Assembly: GCA_009602725.1 (NCBI GenBank)
Contig: WELB01000007.1
Coordinates: 1,388,213-1,452,212, forward strand
Source of the DNA: Spirogloea muscicola
Taxonomy: Eukaryota
Length of the DNA: 64,000 nucleotides
Direction: 5' to 3'
Part shown: piece by piece, positions 28,572 to 61,689 of the stretch
Position numbering within the stretch: the first letter of the stretch is position 1
Layout of the letters: each line of letters starts with the position of its first letter
Translations under genes and position numbers: made by a program
The notes under the pieces: generated by a model
The model's database searches: none
Seen by the model: only the letters and a program-made list of their open reading frames with translations
What the model was told of the DNA's origin: nothing

Positions 28572-28845
28572 TGCAGGTCTTGGTTGTGGAAGGTGGAAGC
28601 TTGCCCGTGCTGTTTGGGACGAGCAGGAGTCAGATGCAGTGAGCAATGTGCAACGCTGCAACTCTGAGGGCCACTGCTGGATGGTATGTTGGGTGTTGAA
28701 GGAGTATTACTCCGAGTGGACCTAGAAGTACACGCCGCTGGTCCTGCGTGATGATGCATGGATAGGCTATTCCAGGTGGTGGCGGTGGCCGTGGAAGGCT
28801 CAGCCGAGGACTGTGGACGAGGTGTTGGGCTGAATGTTGCAGACA

Positions 28846-28900
28846 AGAAGTAGCTCGACCAAATGGGGTGAGGGCTGGGAGTAGCCAGCCCACAAAAGAA
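28846..28900 (-). repeat. Dispersed GGGCTGGC element copy
   Basis: Minus strand TTCTTTTGTGGGCTGGCTACTCCCAGCCCTCACCCCATTTGGTCGAGCTACTTC. Confidence 0.7.
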
Positions 28901-29454
28901 TAAATAACGTGCAAAGGAGCCGGATCTAAGCAAAGGGGACAATGCGGCTGCTGGTGGCGACGGAAAGGACGAGAATACCAACAACGGGTTGCAAGTAGTG
29001 GCGCTTGTATTGATTGATGGAGGGCGGCCCGAGTGGCCAGAGGGCCAGAGGGAGTCCAGCAACCCAGTGCAGGGGCGGGCCAAGGCCGCCGCCCAGCAGC
29101 GGGAAGCGGCGGGGAAGCGGCGGCACTGAGCCGAACGGCGGAGGGGCGGCGCCGTTCCGTCGGCGTCCTCGTCGGGCCCCGGGCGAGGGAGGACCCCCGC
29201 CCCGTTCGGGCCGCAACCTTCGCCGCTGCGCAGGCAAGGCTGCTCGGGGGGCACTGCCCGCCGCCGCCGCCGCCGCCGCCGNGCTGATTCAATCAGCAGC
29301 CCGCAGTCTTTTCTCCCTCTTCCCCCCTCCCCGCCCGCCGCCCATCGCGTGACCGGCCCAGTCGCCTCCCCACCCCGTCATCGCCACACCACCTTCTGAG
29401 CTGTTCGCCACCACGTGCGCCGCCGCCACTTGGCATCATCCTTCCAACGTCAGC

Positions 29455-29459
<5 letters not shown>

Positions 29460-29486
<27 letters not shown>

Positions 29487-30828
29487 AGCGCGCTGGCGGT
29501 GGGGCGCGCGAGCGCGCTCAAGGAGCGGGGCAACGTGGCGCTGGCGCGCGGCGACACGGCCAAGGCGATCGAGTACTACACGCGGGCGCTGGAGCTGGTG
29601 CCGCGGAGCCACATTTTGTACAGCAACCGCAGCGCGGCCTACTTCAAGCTGGGCCAGTTCCAGGAGGCGGTGCTGGACGCGGAGTGGACGATCGAGATCG
29701 CGCCGTACTACGAGAAGGGCTACAGCCGCCTCGGCGCCGCGCTCTACGCGCTCGGCCGCTACCAGGAGAGCGCGCGCGCGTACCGCCGCGGCGCCGACCT
29801 GCAGCCCGGCAACGAGGTGTGCGAGCAGGGGTGGCGCGACGCCGACCGCATGTTCCGCGGCCTCCAGAACCGCCTCAACCCCAACTCCCTCGCCTCCGCT
29901 GCCTCCATCCTCACCACCGACTCCAGCTCCGCCAGAAAGCCTGGTAAGCGCCTCCACGGCCTCCCTCTCGGTTGTGGGTGGCCACTTGGCCTGCTGGCAT
30001 TGCAGCGCGATGCGGCCGAAAGGAGCATTTTTGCGCTCTAACTTGTGTCACAGAGTCAATTGGCACTCAATTGGTGCCCCGCATACAATGCTTGTTGTCA
30101 GTCACAGGGGTGTCAGCGGCCTTGCACTTCAAATGCGAGACTACCTGCATAGGCTGGCGCTGTCAGTTCTCCGAGTCTAGGGGTTCTGTGGCCGGTTGTG
30201 GGGCTCGCCAGCTGGCTGCAATCTTCACCAACACTAGTTGCACAGGTGTCGTCAGGTTTTCCAAGCCTCTGGTGCCACCAGTCTTTCCCACAAAATGCAT
30301 CACCGTTCATCCTTGCATAATGCTTGGGCTGATAGTGCTGCTTTGTCAGACTGGAGCTTGAGCAAGGAGGGGGTCTCCTCATTGAGCACAAAGTCGCACC
30401 TGGATTATTCCTTCCTAGTCGCTAGTCAAGAACCTACATTCTTGGTGGCAAATTGACTCCTGTCACTCAAGGGGCTGGACTTGCTGGGGCTGCTTACTCT
30501 GATCTGACCTTGAAGAGAAGTGCATCCAGCAGTTGAGTTGTCAAATGGACTTCCTTCCGGGCACAGGTCGGCCTACAAGGGCATTGCAGAAGCTACTATG
30601 ACTTGCGGTAGCCTGCCAAATTACTCACATTGAGAGGCTCTATTCTGTTCTGCAGGCTCAGGCCCGGCAGCAGGGCCCTCAGTCGTCTCCACAGCTGAGA
30701 AGCCCGAGAAGCCCGAGAAGCATGACAAGGTGCGGAGCATGATAAAAGCCATCAGCTTCCAGTTTCCCCCCAGCAAGAACCAGGCGGAGAGCACGAAGCC
30801 GTACTTCACACTTCCGGCTAGCTCCTAG
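29460..30828 (+). CDS. Three-TPR protein (Hop/SGT-type carboxylate-clamp TPR); start uncertain
   Basis: LKERGNVAL..AIEYYTRALEL.P.SHILYSNRSAAYFKLGQF.EA..DAE..IEIAP.YEKGYSRLGAA; second exon 30656-30828. Confidence 0.75.
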
Positions 30829-32280
30829 GATTACAGAGGTATGTGCTGCAGAGCTATTGAAAGAGTCAATGCTGCCATGCATGCAGACATGCTATCTATG
30901 CGGTGCACAGTACAACTACAAGGAAGCAGTGATTCCTGCATGTTTCCTGAGCATTGGCCTTCAGTGCTCAGTGTCTTACTGTTAATGTTAAGCAATCCTT
31001 ATTCAGCTCAGCCAGCGTGACCTTGCCGCAGCGGGAGGTCGCAAATGGTTGCGATAACTTACGATAAATGGGTTGTCAAGAGATTGTCGAGCTTATCCTA
31101 ATGATGGTGGAGGTGGAGGTGCAGGTGGCATTGCAGGTACAGGTGCAGTTGCTTTGTCAAATCTACCCATGCTGTGCCATACAGGAACATGTCACCGGCA
31201 TGTCACAGAGCTTTGCCAAGGTGCTGAAAGCATTTCGCTTATCCTCCTTGAGTGAGTGGATCAGAGCAGTGACAAGGTGACGAGCCCCACATTCAATAAC
31301 TGCGTGCAAGCAGACTGCACAATAAGAGCTTCTGCCTGAAGATGCTGGAGGTTGGGAGCCAAGACTCCATTATGCTGCTGAACTGTGGTATTACAGGCCG
31401 GTATGCCTGCATAGGAAATTGCATGGCCCTCAAACGCGGTGCTTACAAACAATTGGCAGAGGAAGGTTCAATTGCAAGTTTTGGTTATCACCGCACGGTT
31501 AGGTAGGAAGTCACATGACTCAAGAACCTCATTGGCAGGCCCTCAAGTGCCTGAAGACTCTAGATCTGGTTGCAAATATATGTGCTATGTAAGTAGACTA
31601 CAACCACCAGACCAGCAGAGTGCTTGTACGCACACTGTTTGGGAGCAGGCCTAAGGCTGTAATGGCACCTGTCCAAGCTATTACATTCATTACCAGCCCT
31701 AACAACTCAAAGAGAGGCAGCATTCAAGCCACCAAGAAGATACCTGCTACCTCCATCGTAGGAGCATGCATTAGAGCTAAGATCGGGCATCTTAGTAGAT
31801 GTGGTGCAGCTGCAGCTGCTGATACCAAGCAGGAATCACATTCCCTAAGTTGCAGTGTTAATCTTGGTGTGCGCTGGCTGCAGCATTTGTGCTCTCGACC
31901 AGCTACTTCATCTTGTTCATGCTCTCTTACTGTTGAGAAGAGCAACAACAAACGAATGTGTCGGCCATCATGGACAACATTCTTAAATGAAAATAGTGTA
32001 TTCAGAGCACTATGCAAGTGGCCAATGACAGTGCAGGCCAATGAGCCCACGCCACTGGTACTTGAAGAATGTGGCAACACATGAGCCCTCGTGTTGCCAC
32101 GACATGAATGGCGAAGTTGCACATATCATATATAACCTCTGCGAAGCATCAGCAGATGAGGCAAAATGCCTTGGGCAGCAAAAGCGGGAGTGAATGCAGC
32201 CACTGTTCTCAGTGGCTGATTAGCCTGTCTCAAACAAATGCTGACCAATCCAGTACAAATGAGAGCAAAGTCATGCAGCA

Positions 32281-34037
<1,757 letters not shown>

Positions 34038-34041
<4 letters not shown>

Positions 34042-36631
34042 GGCGGGGCGGCAGTGCTGTACCACTACCCCTGCCCCGACGGCGCCTTCGCCGCGCTCGC
34101 CGCCCACCTCTACTACGCCGCCGCCGCCGCCGCCGCCGCCGCCGCTGCGCCGCCGGTCCGCTTCGTGCCCAACACCGTCTACTCGCCCGTGAGGTGCAGC
34201 CCTCTCGGCTGCGGCGCCGCCGTGCTCCGGCCATGCCTCCACGCCCGCCGCGGCGGCATTGAGGCGGCGGCAGCTTGCTGCTGCAGGGTGGACGACCTCG
34301 GGGACGTGGGGAGCCTGGAGGTGGTCTACCTGCTCGACTTCGCCGGGCCGCCTGGCTTTGCGCACGACCTCGCCGCCAACGCCCGCAGGTGAGCCGCCAC
34401 CCACCTGCCGTGTACGCGCGCTCTTCCAACGGGCTGCTGTGTTACCGACACTGCGTGCAATCTGGGGCGGCAGTGATACCTCTGTCTTCTGCTGGCCACG
34501 CCAAGCTTCCGCTTGACTGAATTTTCTCCAGTGGGTTGCGTGTGGTTACACGCTCTTGAGAGCGCCGTCGTTGACTCGAGTGCCGCAGCCGCATGCTGCA
34601 GTGTGGTCGTGCTGGACCACCACAAGACATCGGCAGCGAGCCTCTTGGAACCAGGCGCGTGCCCGTCCAACCTGAGCCCCGTCTTCGACTTCGACCGGAG
34701 CGGAGCTACCATTGCCTTGGACTACTTCACAAAGCGGCTGCTTGCTGAAGGTGCGCGTGCTGGCCATGCTTCCACCTCAGTCGCTGGAGTGGGGCTAGTA
34801 GAAGCAGCCCGACATGGGCGGCCCTTGTTGCGCATAGGCCACTCTGATTTCGTGCCTGAAGTACAGGAGTTTGTTGATTTGCGAGCACGGTGGTTGGCCA
34901 TAGCTTGGTGAGATTTTGGGGTGGTTTGCCTGGATTATTGCTATCACTAGGAAGCATTTTGTCTGTGGCTGTTCACAGCTGCTCCCTTCTGACTTGTATT
35001 AGCACTGAGTGGTATAGAAGTAGCGCCTTCTGGCTGCAGACGCCCGCCCCTGCCTCAGTGGCACTTCCTTCCTGCCTTCCACTGGGGCCGCACCTGTCCT
35101 GCAAAAGGGCACATGCTCAAAACACTGATGCCTTAAGGACTCCACCGAGTTGCATTGAGATGAGTAGCTGGATTGTATTTAATGTTGCTGATTGCCTCCC
35201 CACTTCACACGATGGTTTGCAGGACTGGGGACTGACTTGGTTGCTGAGAAGGATATAGAGCGCCTGCGACGCCTCTTTGCTTACATTGAGGATGCGGACC
35301 TCTGGTTGTGGCATCTCACTGATAGCAAGGCATTCAGCAGCGGCCTCAATGATCTGCAGCTTGAGTTTGACGCCAACAAGAATCCCGAAATTTTTAACCA
35401 GGTCGAGCAGCCTGCCAACATGCTACATTGCGCACAACATGCTGTGCTAGCAAGTACCCTCTTGCTAGTAGAGACGGTCTGTGATGAGAGGCTGCAAGCA
35501 CACTGCTGACATGCATACCTCCACGCTCTTCCACTTGTGCCTTCCAACTTTCAGCAGTGTCTCTCCTTTTTTGCGTAAGAGACACTGCACGCCAACTGAG
35601 ATCATGCAAGTTGTGGCCTCGCAGCTGTCGGTTGTCGTACTCATGCACAAGTCCTACTGCATGGTTGCAGCTGCAAGCCTTGGTGCCGGAAGATGTCATA
35701 GTCATGGGTAAGAAGATCATGCTGCCGAGGCGAAAGCAGATTGATGGAGCTCTTGGAGCTTCTTTTATCATCAACCTTGGTCAGGGGAGATTTGGGAGTT
35801 GCCTCGTGAATATCTCTTCCGGTCATACCCAAATCCCTCCGTGCGTAAAAAGAGTAGTGCAGTAAGATTCCTACTTATGTCAGCTGGCACTGTCGGCCTG
35901 CAGATGTGCACTGCCTCTTCTCGTCACTTTGGGCCAAAGCTGCCTTCACGTGCATTGTCGCCCGCTGACACTTCGGGCAACAGGCTGTGAGGGTTGATGA
36001 TGCGCTGTCCCGCTTGAGGAGCGATATTGGTCATGAGCTGGCGGAGAGGAGCAGAAAGGTCGGCCTCAGGTCTGTTGAGGACTTTGACTAATTCATTAAA
36101 GCCTCAGAGCAGGCATTGATGGTCGCGATAGCAGTCCCTGCCCTACTTTTCTTCGATGTATGGCTCAGGTTTTTCAGCAACGGCCGCTTACCCTTCTCAT
36201 AGAAGAAGAAAAGCCGCTTACATTTCTTATATACATCCTGCAGGGGCATTGGGACCGTAGTGTACTTGGTGCCAGATTTGCAGGATTCATCGATGTTGAA
36301 GGTCAGCTTGCGAAGCCTGGATGAGATAGAGGAGGACACTACGCCCATCTCTGAGGTATATAATTAGAGCCTTGATCATCGTTTAGCAAGTAGCATTTCA
36401 TCCTGCATGATTTGTGACGGCTTGCTCAAACGACCGCCATGCTCCATGCAAACTGCTTGTCATGTCTTTGTTAGTATCTTGGGCTACATGCTGGTTCTAC
36501 ATCAGAGTAGCTCAATGCCCGAGGCATGCTGCCCACTGCAGGCATATGGAGGTGGAGGCCATCGGGCTGCAAGTTCCTTCATGATTGCTGCAGATGAGTT
36601 TGCCTGTTGGATGCGAGACCTGCCAATGTAA
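34038..36631 (+). CDS. DHH/DHHA1-family phosphoesterase (NrnB-like, plant uncharacterised family); start in gap
   Basis: VLYHYPCPDGAF, YLLDF, VLDHHKT, RSGATIA, YIEDADLW, LRSDIGHELA, KVSLRS, YGGGGHRAASSF. Confidence 0.85.
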
Positions 36632-37206
36632 GCTGAAAGGGCACCGAGCTTACTAGACTGTATTCAACAGCAATCACGATGTTCTAAACAGGTATACAGG
36701 AAGGACGAACGATATTGGACCAATATTTATTATCACACCAAACGACACATGCTGCTGTTATGCACAGCATTAGTGCTCATGTAACATGCTCAGTGCATAC
36801 TTTCTGACATGTCCACACTAGCATAAGCAAGTGGGGAAGTCCAAGACATCTAGTGACCGCTACTGAGATTGATGCGTAAGATGGCTGGTGAAGGTAATCA
36901 CTGTTGAAGCGTGGGGTTGAAGCGATATCACTCATCAAGATTTACAAAATCAGGTCTGAAGCACCAGGCAAGCAGACAAACAGCGAAGAATATGGATGGG
37001 TTGCAAAGGAATGACTATGTGAATATGGTGCGTATGGTCGCTAAGCACGTGCTAATGGATCCATTGAATGAGCGAGAGAGCACTGGCACAAGCTGGTGTT
37101 GCCTTTGCTCGCAACCAGGTCATCGAGCAGGTCACTGGCCATTAATGTAGATGGTTGTCAAGGATCTAAGTAAAACGCGAAGGGACTGCTACAGTTCCTT
37201 GGCGTT

Positions 37207-55115
<17,909 letters not shown>

Positions 55116-55673
55116 GGCAGGTCAGGCAGCCGCCACCGCTGGTCTTGCTCGTCCACCACAGGAAGCAGGATGGGGCACGCCGACTGCAGCCTGCAGGAGG
55201 ACCTCGCTTCCCGAGCAGCTGCTGCTCCAACATCCGGTGATTCCCCGGCCCCGGCAGCCGGCCGCGTTGGGAGACGGAGCCGGCACCAGCTGTGCACTCT
55301 TGGCGGTCCCGAAGCGGCGGCGGCGCCGGCGGCGCCGGCGGTGGTGGCAGGGCCGGCCGTTGCTGGATGACTAGTGTCAATGAGGAAATGGAGGCTTGGG
55401 GAAGGGACAAGTACTCCCGCACGGCCCTCCATCCTCCGACAGTCCGCTGATCTGAAGTCCCTTAATATAGCCCCGAGTGGATAGTTGCCTGAAGCGAGGC
55501 GCAACCGCCGGCTCCTGGGTGGCCATGTTGGGATCCGCGCCCAGGACAGATAGCCAGGAGGACCGGTGGTTCCGCAGACTCTTTACACGACCTCCGGTCT
55601 GCAGGCGGAGCTCTGGTCCCCCTCCACAGGACCCCTTCCCCAGGCCAGGCGCCGGCGCCGCCTCCCGGCCGCC

Positions 55674-57195
55674 ATGGCCGCCCCGGGCGGCCGTGGCGGG
55701 CCGTCCATCTTCGCGCCGGCGCTGGACGCCATCCCCCGCTCGCGCTCCGCCGACGGCCAGCTCCTCACCGACCCCTTCCTCAAGCTCTGCCGCCTCGTCC
55801 TGCCAGTCATCGGTCCGTCCGGCGCCCCGTCCAGGGCCCCTCCAGGGCCCCTCCGTGTCTCCGTGTCTCAGCGGCCAAGTCCGGCCGTGTACTACTCGAA
55901 CGGTCCGAATTGCGTGCATCCGGCGAGGAAAGCTCCAGCTCTCCACCTTACCACATCGGCGTGTGTTGCCTTGTGCCCAGACAAATTCGGCTCCGCGCTT
56001 GTCATGGTCAAGGGCGACATTGGCGGGAACATCGAGGTTTGTGCTCCCGCGACCACTAATTCGATTCAAAGTGTCACTCAAGTAGCAGATTATCTTACAG
56101 CTGATTCTCAAGAAGCTACATTGGCTCCATTGGCCCTTAGGCTGGGTGCGGCACCTTGCTGTTGCCTGAGTCGGCAATCTTATGTAGTGCAGCGGCTCGA
56201 GAAGGCCTATGCGTCGAAGCCGCCGTCGTACGAGCTGCTCTACGACATCGTCAAGGCAGAGGTCGCCCAAGGCACAGCCCGCGGATCATCCAGCAATAGC
56301 AATGGATTGCTCTGGTTGACTAGGTGAAGCTGCTTGATGCTGGAGCTTGGCTAGCTTGCGCCTCTTCCTCAGGACCAGAGTCCTACGTTTATGCAGACAT
56401 GCTGGGCCATGTTTCGAGGTGGCCTGCCTCAGAAGACTCTCTTGATCTTGAGAGGCCTGTTGCTCAGTCAGACGTCCCAGAGGCTTGACAATTAGATTCC
56501 TTGGACCAGAGCGATGGACTTCTTGGTTGCTCTTCTACGTGAGCTGAGAGCACACCAAGAGTGGTCAATGGCACAAGTAGCACGGGAAGCGTATGCAGAG
56601 AGACTTAAGCAGTATCACGGATGGATAGCACAAGCAGCATTTACTGTAAGCCACAACGAGACTACCAAGTGCACTACCTGTTGAGCTGCCAGCTGTTGTA
56701 CGTCCTTTCAAGCCGAAGCTTATGCAACCAAGAACTGCTTGCTTTTCTTGTACTCTGTTGACCTGAACCTGTGTTCTCACTTTGCCGGGCAGTATCTTCA
56801 TAACTTGTCCAGCTCCATTGATGTAGGTGGCATTGCAACTGATACCAAGCAGGGAGACATTCATGGACAAACTTGGAGGTGGACCCCTTGAAAAGGACAT
56901 GGACGAATTTGTCAAAGACTTTTCGCCTTTGCTGCTTGACAACCATGAATTCCTGGTACGAGGCAAATTGGTGGATCGCAAGCACTGTGCTAATTCACCA
57001 GGTCACTAGCTTTGACTAGTACACTAAACAGCAGAATATATTCGAAGTTGCAAGGCGCTGCGATGCTTAGCAGCTGAGCATCCTGGATGCTCACCTTTAA
57101 GTGGTGCTCTAGCTCTCCAACTTAGGGTGGTGCTGATGAGGACACTCCCGCCTTTGCAGAGAAGCGTGGACTTGGATGACATGAAAGCAGCCTGA
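55674..57195 (+). CDS. GLTP: Glycolipid transfer protein
   Basis: LTDPFLKLCRLVLPVIDKFGSALVMVKGDIGGNI, SSSNSNGLLWLTRAMDFL, LKQYHGWI, IPSRETFM. Confidence 0.92.
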
Positions 57196-57645
57196 TTGTC
57201 CCCCTTGCATTACTTGAACACTCCAGAAATCAGTACTTGACTGCCATGAGACAAGGAGCACTTCTTCACACATGTCGATAGGTGCTGTCACTTTTGGGTT
57301 TGTACAGACACAGCAGCACTTTCATTGGAATTAGGAAGCCTAGGTCGCTCCACTCACATTTGTCAAGTAACATGAAAAGAGGGTCTTGGTGAGTTGTGGT
57401 ATGATGACCCTGCAACTTGATGCTGCTATGCTAGGAACTTCTTGCTTGCCCTCAGTGGTCTCTGGATGTGCGACTTGGGCACAAGAGACAGATGCACGAG
57501 AACCTCACCTTTGTTAAATATGGAAATATGGTGAATCAGTGGGTCGGTAGAATCACCCAATATGCCTATTCTGCTAGGCCGATGAGAGTCTCCCTAGATA
57601 AGGGAGGCCCCGGCAGATTGCACAATTGGCCCGAACAATCTAGTG

Positions 57646-57803
57646 GCTCTGTGTGCGGCGAGGCGGCGCTGTGTGCGCGGCGGCTGTGTGTGCGGTGAGG
57701 CGACGCTGTGTGTGCGGCGGCTCTGTGTGAGGCCAGGTGGTACTGTGTGTGCAACAGCTGTGTGTGTGCGGCCAGGTGAAGCTGAGTAATCGGCGGCTGT
57801 GTG
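57646..57803. repeat. Degenerate GGCGGCT(GT)n minisatellite
   Basis: About 7-8 units of GGC(G/T)CTGTGTG(TG)CGG in the GLTP-TMEM65 convergent intergenic region. Confidence 0.75.
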
Positions 57804-58290
57804 TAATCAGGCACCTCTTTTGTGTTACTGTAATCTCTTTGTGATCATGTCTGCGTCTGCGTCCGCATTTGCGTCAAGACGAGAGCAGGCAGAGCAAAAG
57901 TGTTTTCAACCTTAGGGCAAAATGATACTGTGCACTAGACTGTCTTGCCAGAGTTGATGTCCATGTTGTTCGCAGCTTGCATACTTGGACACCCTTATAC
58001 AGCTCTCTGCACACCACCATTTTCTTCCCTTACACTACATACTTGAGCACCTCATGACCTGATCTCAGGAACCCCTTGAAGCCTGCAAAATCATTTGCTG
58101 GAACATAATGGGCAGCCTCAGAAGCTAGTCTCACTTGAGACACGCCTCATGTCACAGATGGGATTACTGAGTACCTCCAAAAATCTCTAGGTGTATTTCA
58201 AGCTAGGGTAGGGTAAGGTAATAAGCAGGGGACAAGAAAGTGCATGCTGTCCTAGTGCCACCAATCTGAATCAGCTAATGTCAAGCAATT

Positions 58291-60704
58291 CTATTGCTGC
58301 CTCTGGCGACTGAAAAATATCCGTCGGAGGCCCATAGCTACTGAGACTGTGGCGAGGAGATACAGACCCCCCAAGCGTTCGCTACTAGTCATGACCCGTT
58401 GCCTTGGTTGTGAGAAGGCTTCGCTGACTGATGCAAATACAGTGCTAGTTGGGCTGCTACGATGCCGATCTAGTTGACCATGGATTGCCCTGTCACCTTC
58501 CCGTGTACACACTGGCCCAGCCTTTTCTCCAATGGTATCTAAAGCTGATGCAATAGTGACAACAGGTTCACCAGAGCCTCCAGATTTGATGAATAGGATT
58601 GGAACTAGTCCGAGGAGGCAGCCTATAGTGACTCCAATAGATGCACCAGTTGTTTCTGCCCACCATGCCTCCTTCATTTGCATCTGAATGCATCCCCTCC
58701 CAAAGCACAGCTGTATCAGCTCAATCAATATATCCAACACTGGCTCCCCTCTAACACATGTAGGGTCTGTAAGTGACAGCTGCTGAGTTTGACTGTCACC
58801 GAGTTGCACCAGTCATTTAGATTGGGAATGGCCAGAGAATGGGATGTGACAGTAGATTGTATAGTCTGTGATTTACCTGCACAGGTGACACCCTTGACGA
58901 AGGCATGAAATTGCTGGAGACGCCTTCAATGTACTCTCGGAATGCAGTGCCAACAAGGTCAGCTAACGCGTTCCCCAGCCCTGCAGACTGACGAGCGCGG
59001 ACACAACGAGTAGTCAATTTGGACAGTGACTGTGAGGCACTGGCGTAAGCAGGCCCCAAAGCAAGACTTGTACTCTTGCTGAGCTTTCTGTTGGTTCCTC
59101 ACTGTAAGAGACGGTTAATTGTAATCTCTGGGGACCAAGGACCCTAGTATATCATCCTCACCAGCAAAGTAGGCAGGTTCAAAGTAGCACCAATGGAGTT
59201 CTGGATGGCGTCCCCAGCAATGATCATGATGGCATTGTCTGCAGGCCCAGGAGAATGCCACATGCATGCCATTTGGGTGATCCTCAGGCAATCAAAGCGT
59301 CAGTCTTGAAAGCCACTGCACCATCTGTGCAGATCCCAATCTGGAAGCACACGAACACGCTAGAGCGGACCAATATCCAGAGTTGCACATATCACAGGCT
59401 GATACAGCAGAAGTGCCAGTCCATGCACCTCCACAGAGCCTGTACTCAGGAGTAAACAATACATAGGCAGCTGTCTGCGTGACTGCTGGGGTAAACAGAT
59501 TGTAAGTAAGGCAGTGGAGCTCGGACTGACCTGTGAATCCAAAGCCGATCATCCCTGAGTAAGGATTACAACAGAAGGACATGTGAGTCACTACAAATGT
59601 GCAGACAATCAAAGAGGCTGTGCTGGAGTTCCAAGCCACCAAATCTCTTCCAGCATTTGGCAGGTGCTCCGGGGCTGGTATGAGTAAAACAATACGTGCA
59701 GTAATTACATGTAGTACAAGGAGGAGCCAGTTGCTTGGTCATATTCGCTGTCAAGGTGCAGCTGTTAATCCATACAGAAGATCCAGCTGTTCATCCAAAC
59801 AGCTGTTGCAAGACCTGACTTGCATGAGTGACTGACCTATGGCTGCCCTCAACGTGAGGTGTAACAGCTGCTTCTCTGTGAGCGGCTTCTCCGAGGCGCC
59901 ATACTTGATGGCCTGAGCCTCCACATAGCTGGAGAACTCCCTCTGGTCCAGCACCCCATCCTTGTTGGTATCGGCCTCCATGAAATGCAAGTCAGCATTG
60001 TCAGAAGCTGCACAGACAAAGAGGATCGTGAGGTGCCGTATGAGCCTGGGCTGCCAGGCACGTGTCCTACACTGAGCGAGCTTGTTCTCAAGTAGTCACC
60101 TCAGAAGCATCTTAATCATGTGGGTCTCTCCGAGCATACAAGCCTAGCACAGGGATGGTGCTCCAAGGAGGCATAAGACGGGCTTCCATTTGCCTCACAG
60201 GTGAACCAAAAGTCGGACAGCCTCGAGACTGGTAGCATACCGCTTGAGTACAGTGCTGCTAGGATCGCTGCTCTGCCTTGCTGGTCAATTCTGGAGATGA
60301 GGCCTGTAGCGACATCCGCGGCAACGATGGCATCGCTCTGCTGAGCACAGGGGGAACGGGGAATCTGTTCTGTCACGAGATTCCCCCCCAGTGGGAGCAA
60401 GCGCACATATAAAGCGAGCCCAGACCGCAAGCTTCAGCAACCGTTGGAAGAATTGTGTAGCTAACAAGGCGGGACAGAATGGGCTGCCGCTTCGAGCCAT
60501 GGTAAGAGGGGCCATGGTAGGAGTGGCCAGCAGCGGCGGCTGCGAAGGTGGGTTGGTGGACGGCTGCCCAGCATTGGTGCGCAGCTCAGTGGGAGCTCAC
60601 CGCCAGAGTCTGGACCAGCCGGTCGACCAGCTGCTGGTTGTCCAGCGCCGCGACCCCGCCGCCAGGGCCGCCGCCGCGGCCCAGCGCCGCAGCGTCGCCG
60701 CCCG
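58291..60704 (-). CDS. TMEM65-like membrane protein with an EF-hand; start in gap
   Basis: EF-hand DTNKDGVLDQREF; AIGMIGFGFTDNAIMIIAGDAIQ..IG, SAGLGNALADLVG, GASIGVTIGCLLGLVPILF. Confidence 0.82.
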
Positions 60705-61476
60705 NNNNNNNNNNNNNNNNNNNNNNNNNNNNNNNNNNNNNNNNNNNNNNNNNNNNNNNNNNNNNNNNNNNNNNNNNNNNNNNNNNNNNNNNNNNNNNNN
60801 NNNNNNNNNNNNNNNNNNNNNNNNNNNNNNNNNNNNNNNNNNNNNNNNNNNNNNNNNNNNNNNNNNNNNNNNNNNNNNNNNNNNNNNNNNNNNNNNNNNN
60901 NNNNNNNNNNNNNNNNNNNNNNNNNNNNNNNNNNNNNNNNNNNNNNNNNNNNNNNNNNNNNNNNNNNNNNNNNNNNNNNNNNNNNNNNNNNNNNNNNNNN
61001 NNNNNNNNNNNNNNNNNNNNNNNNNNNNNNNNNNNNNNNNNNNNNNNNNNNNNNNNNNNNNNNNNNNNNNNNNNNNNNNNNNNNNNNNNNNNNNNNNNNN
61101 NNNNNNNNNNNNNNNNNNNNNNNNNNNNNNNNNNNNNNNNNNNNNNNNNNNNNNNNNNNNNNNNNNNNNNNNNNNNNNNNNNNNNNNNNNNNNNNNNNNN
61201 NNNNNNNNNNNNNNNNNNNNNNNNNNNNNNNNNNNNNNNNNNNNNNNNNNNNNNNNNNNNNNNNNNNNNNNNNNNNNNNNNNNNNNNNNNNNNNNNNNNN
61301 NNNNNNNNNNNNNNNNNNNNNNNNNNNNNNNNNNNNNNNNNNNNNNNNNNNNNNNNNNNNNNNNNNNNNNNNNNNNNNNNNNNNNNNNNNNNNNNNNNNN
61401 NNNNNNNNNNNNNNNNNNNNNNNNNNNNNNNNNNNNNNNNNNNNNNNNNNNNNNNNNNNNNNNNNNNNNNNNNNNN
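60705..61476. other. Assembly gap
   Basis: N run at the 5' end of the TMEM65-like gene. Confidence 0.99.
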
Positions 61477-61689
61477 GCCTGGCCGTCTCGCTGCAGAGGT
61501 CCATGGCCCGGGCGCTGCACCTTCGTGCCGGCAGAGCCCTCGCTGCTGCCTCTGGCTCTGGCCAGGGGACCCACTTCCAGGAGCCCAGCATCTCTGATCT
61601 GCGGCTGCTTAGCAGGGGTTACTGAGTGTCTCGTAGCAGCTTTGTTTCTGTTACTTAGCGCTTCCCCTGGCCCCCTTCTCGTACTCTGT

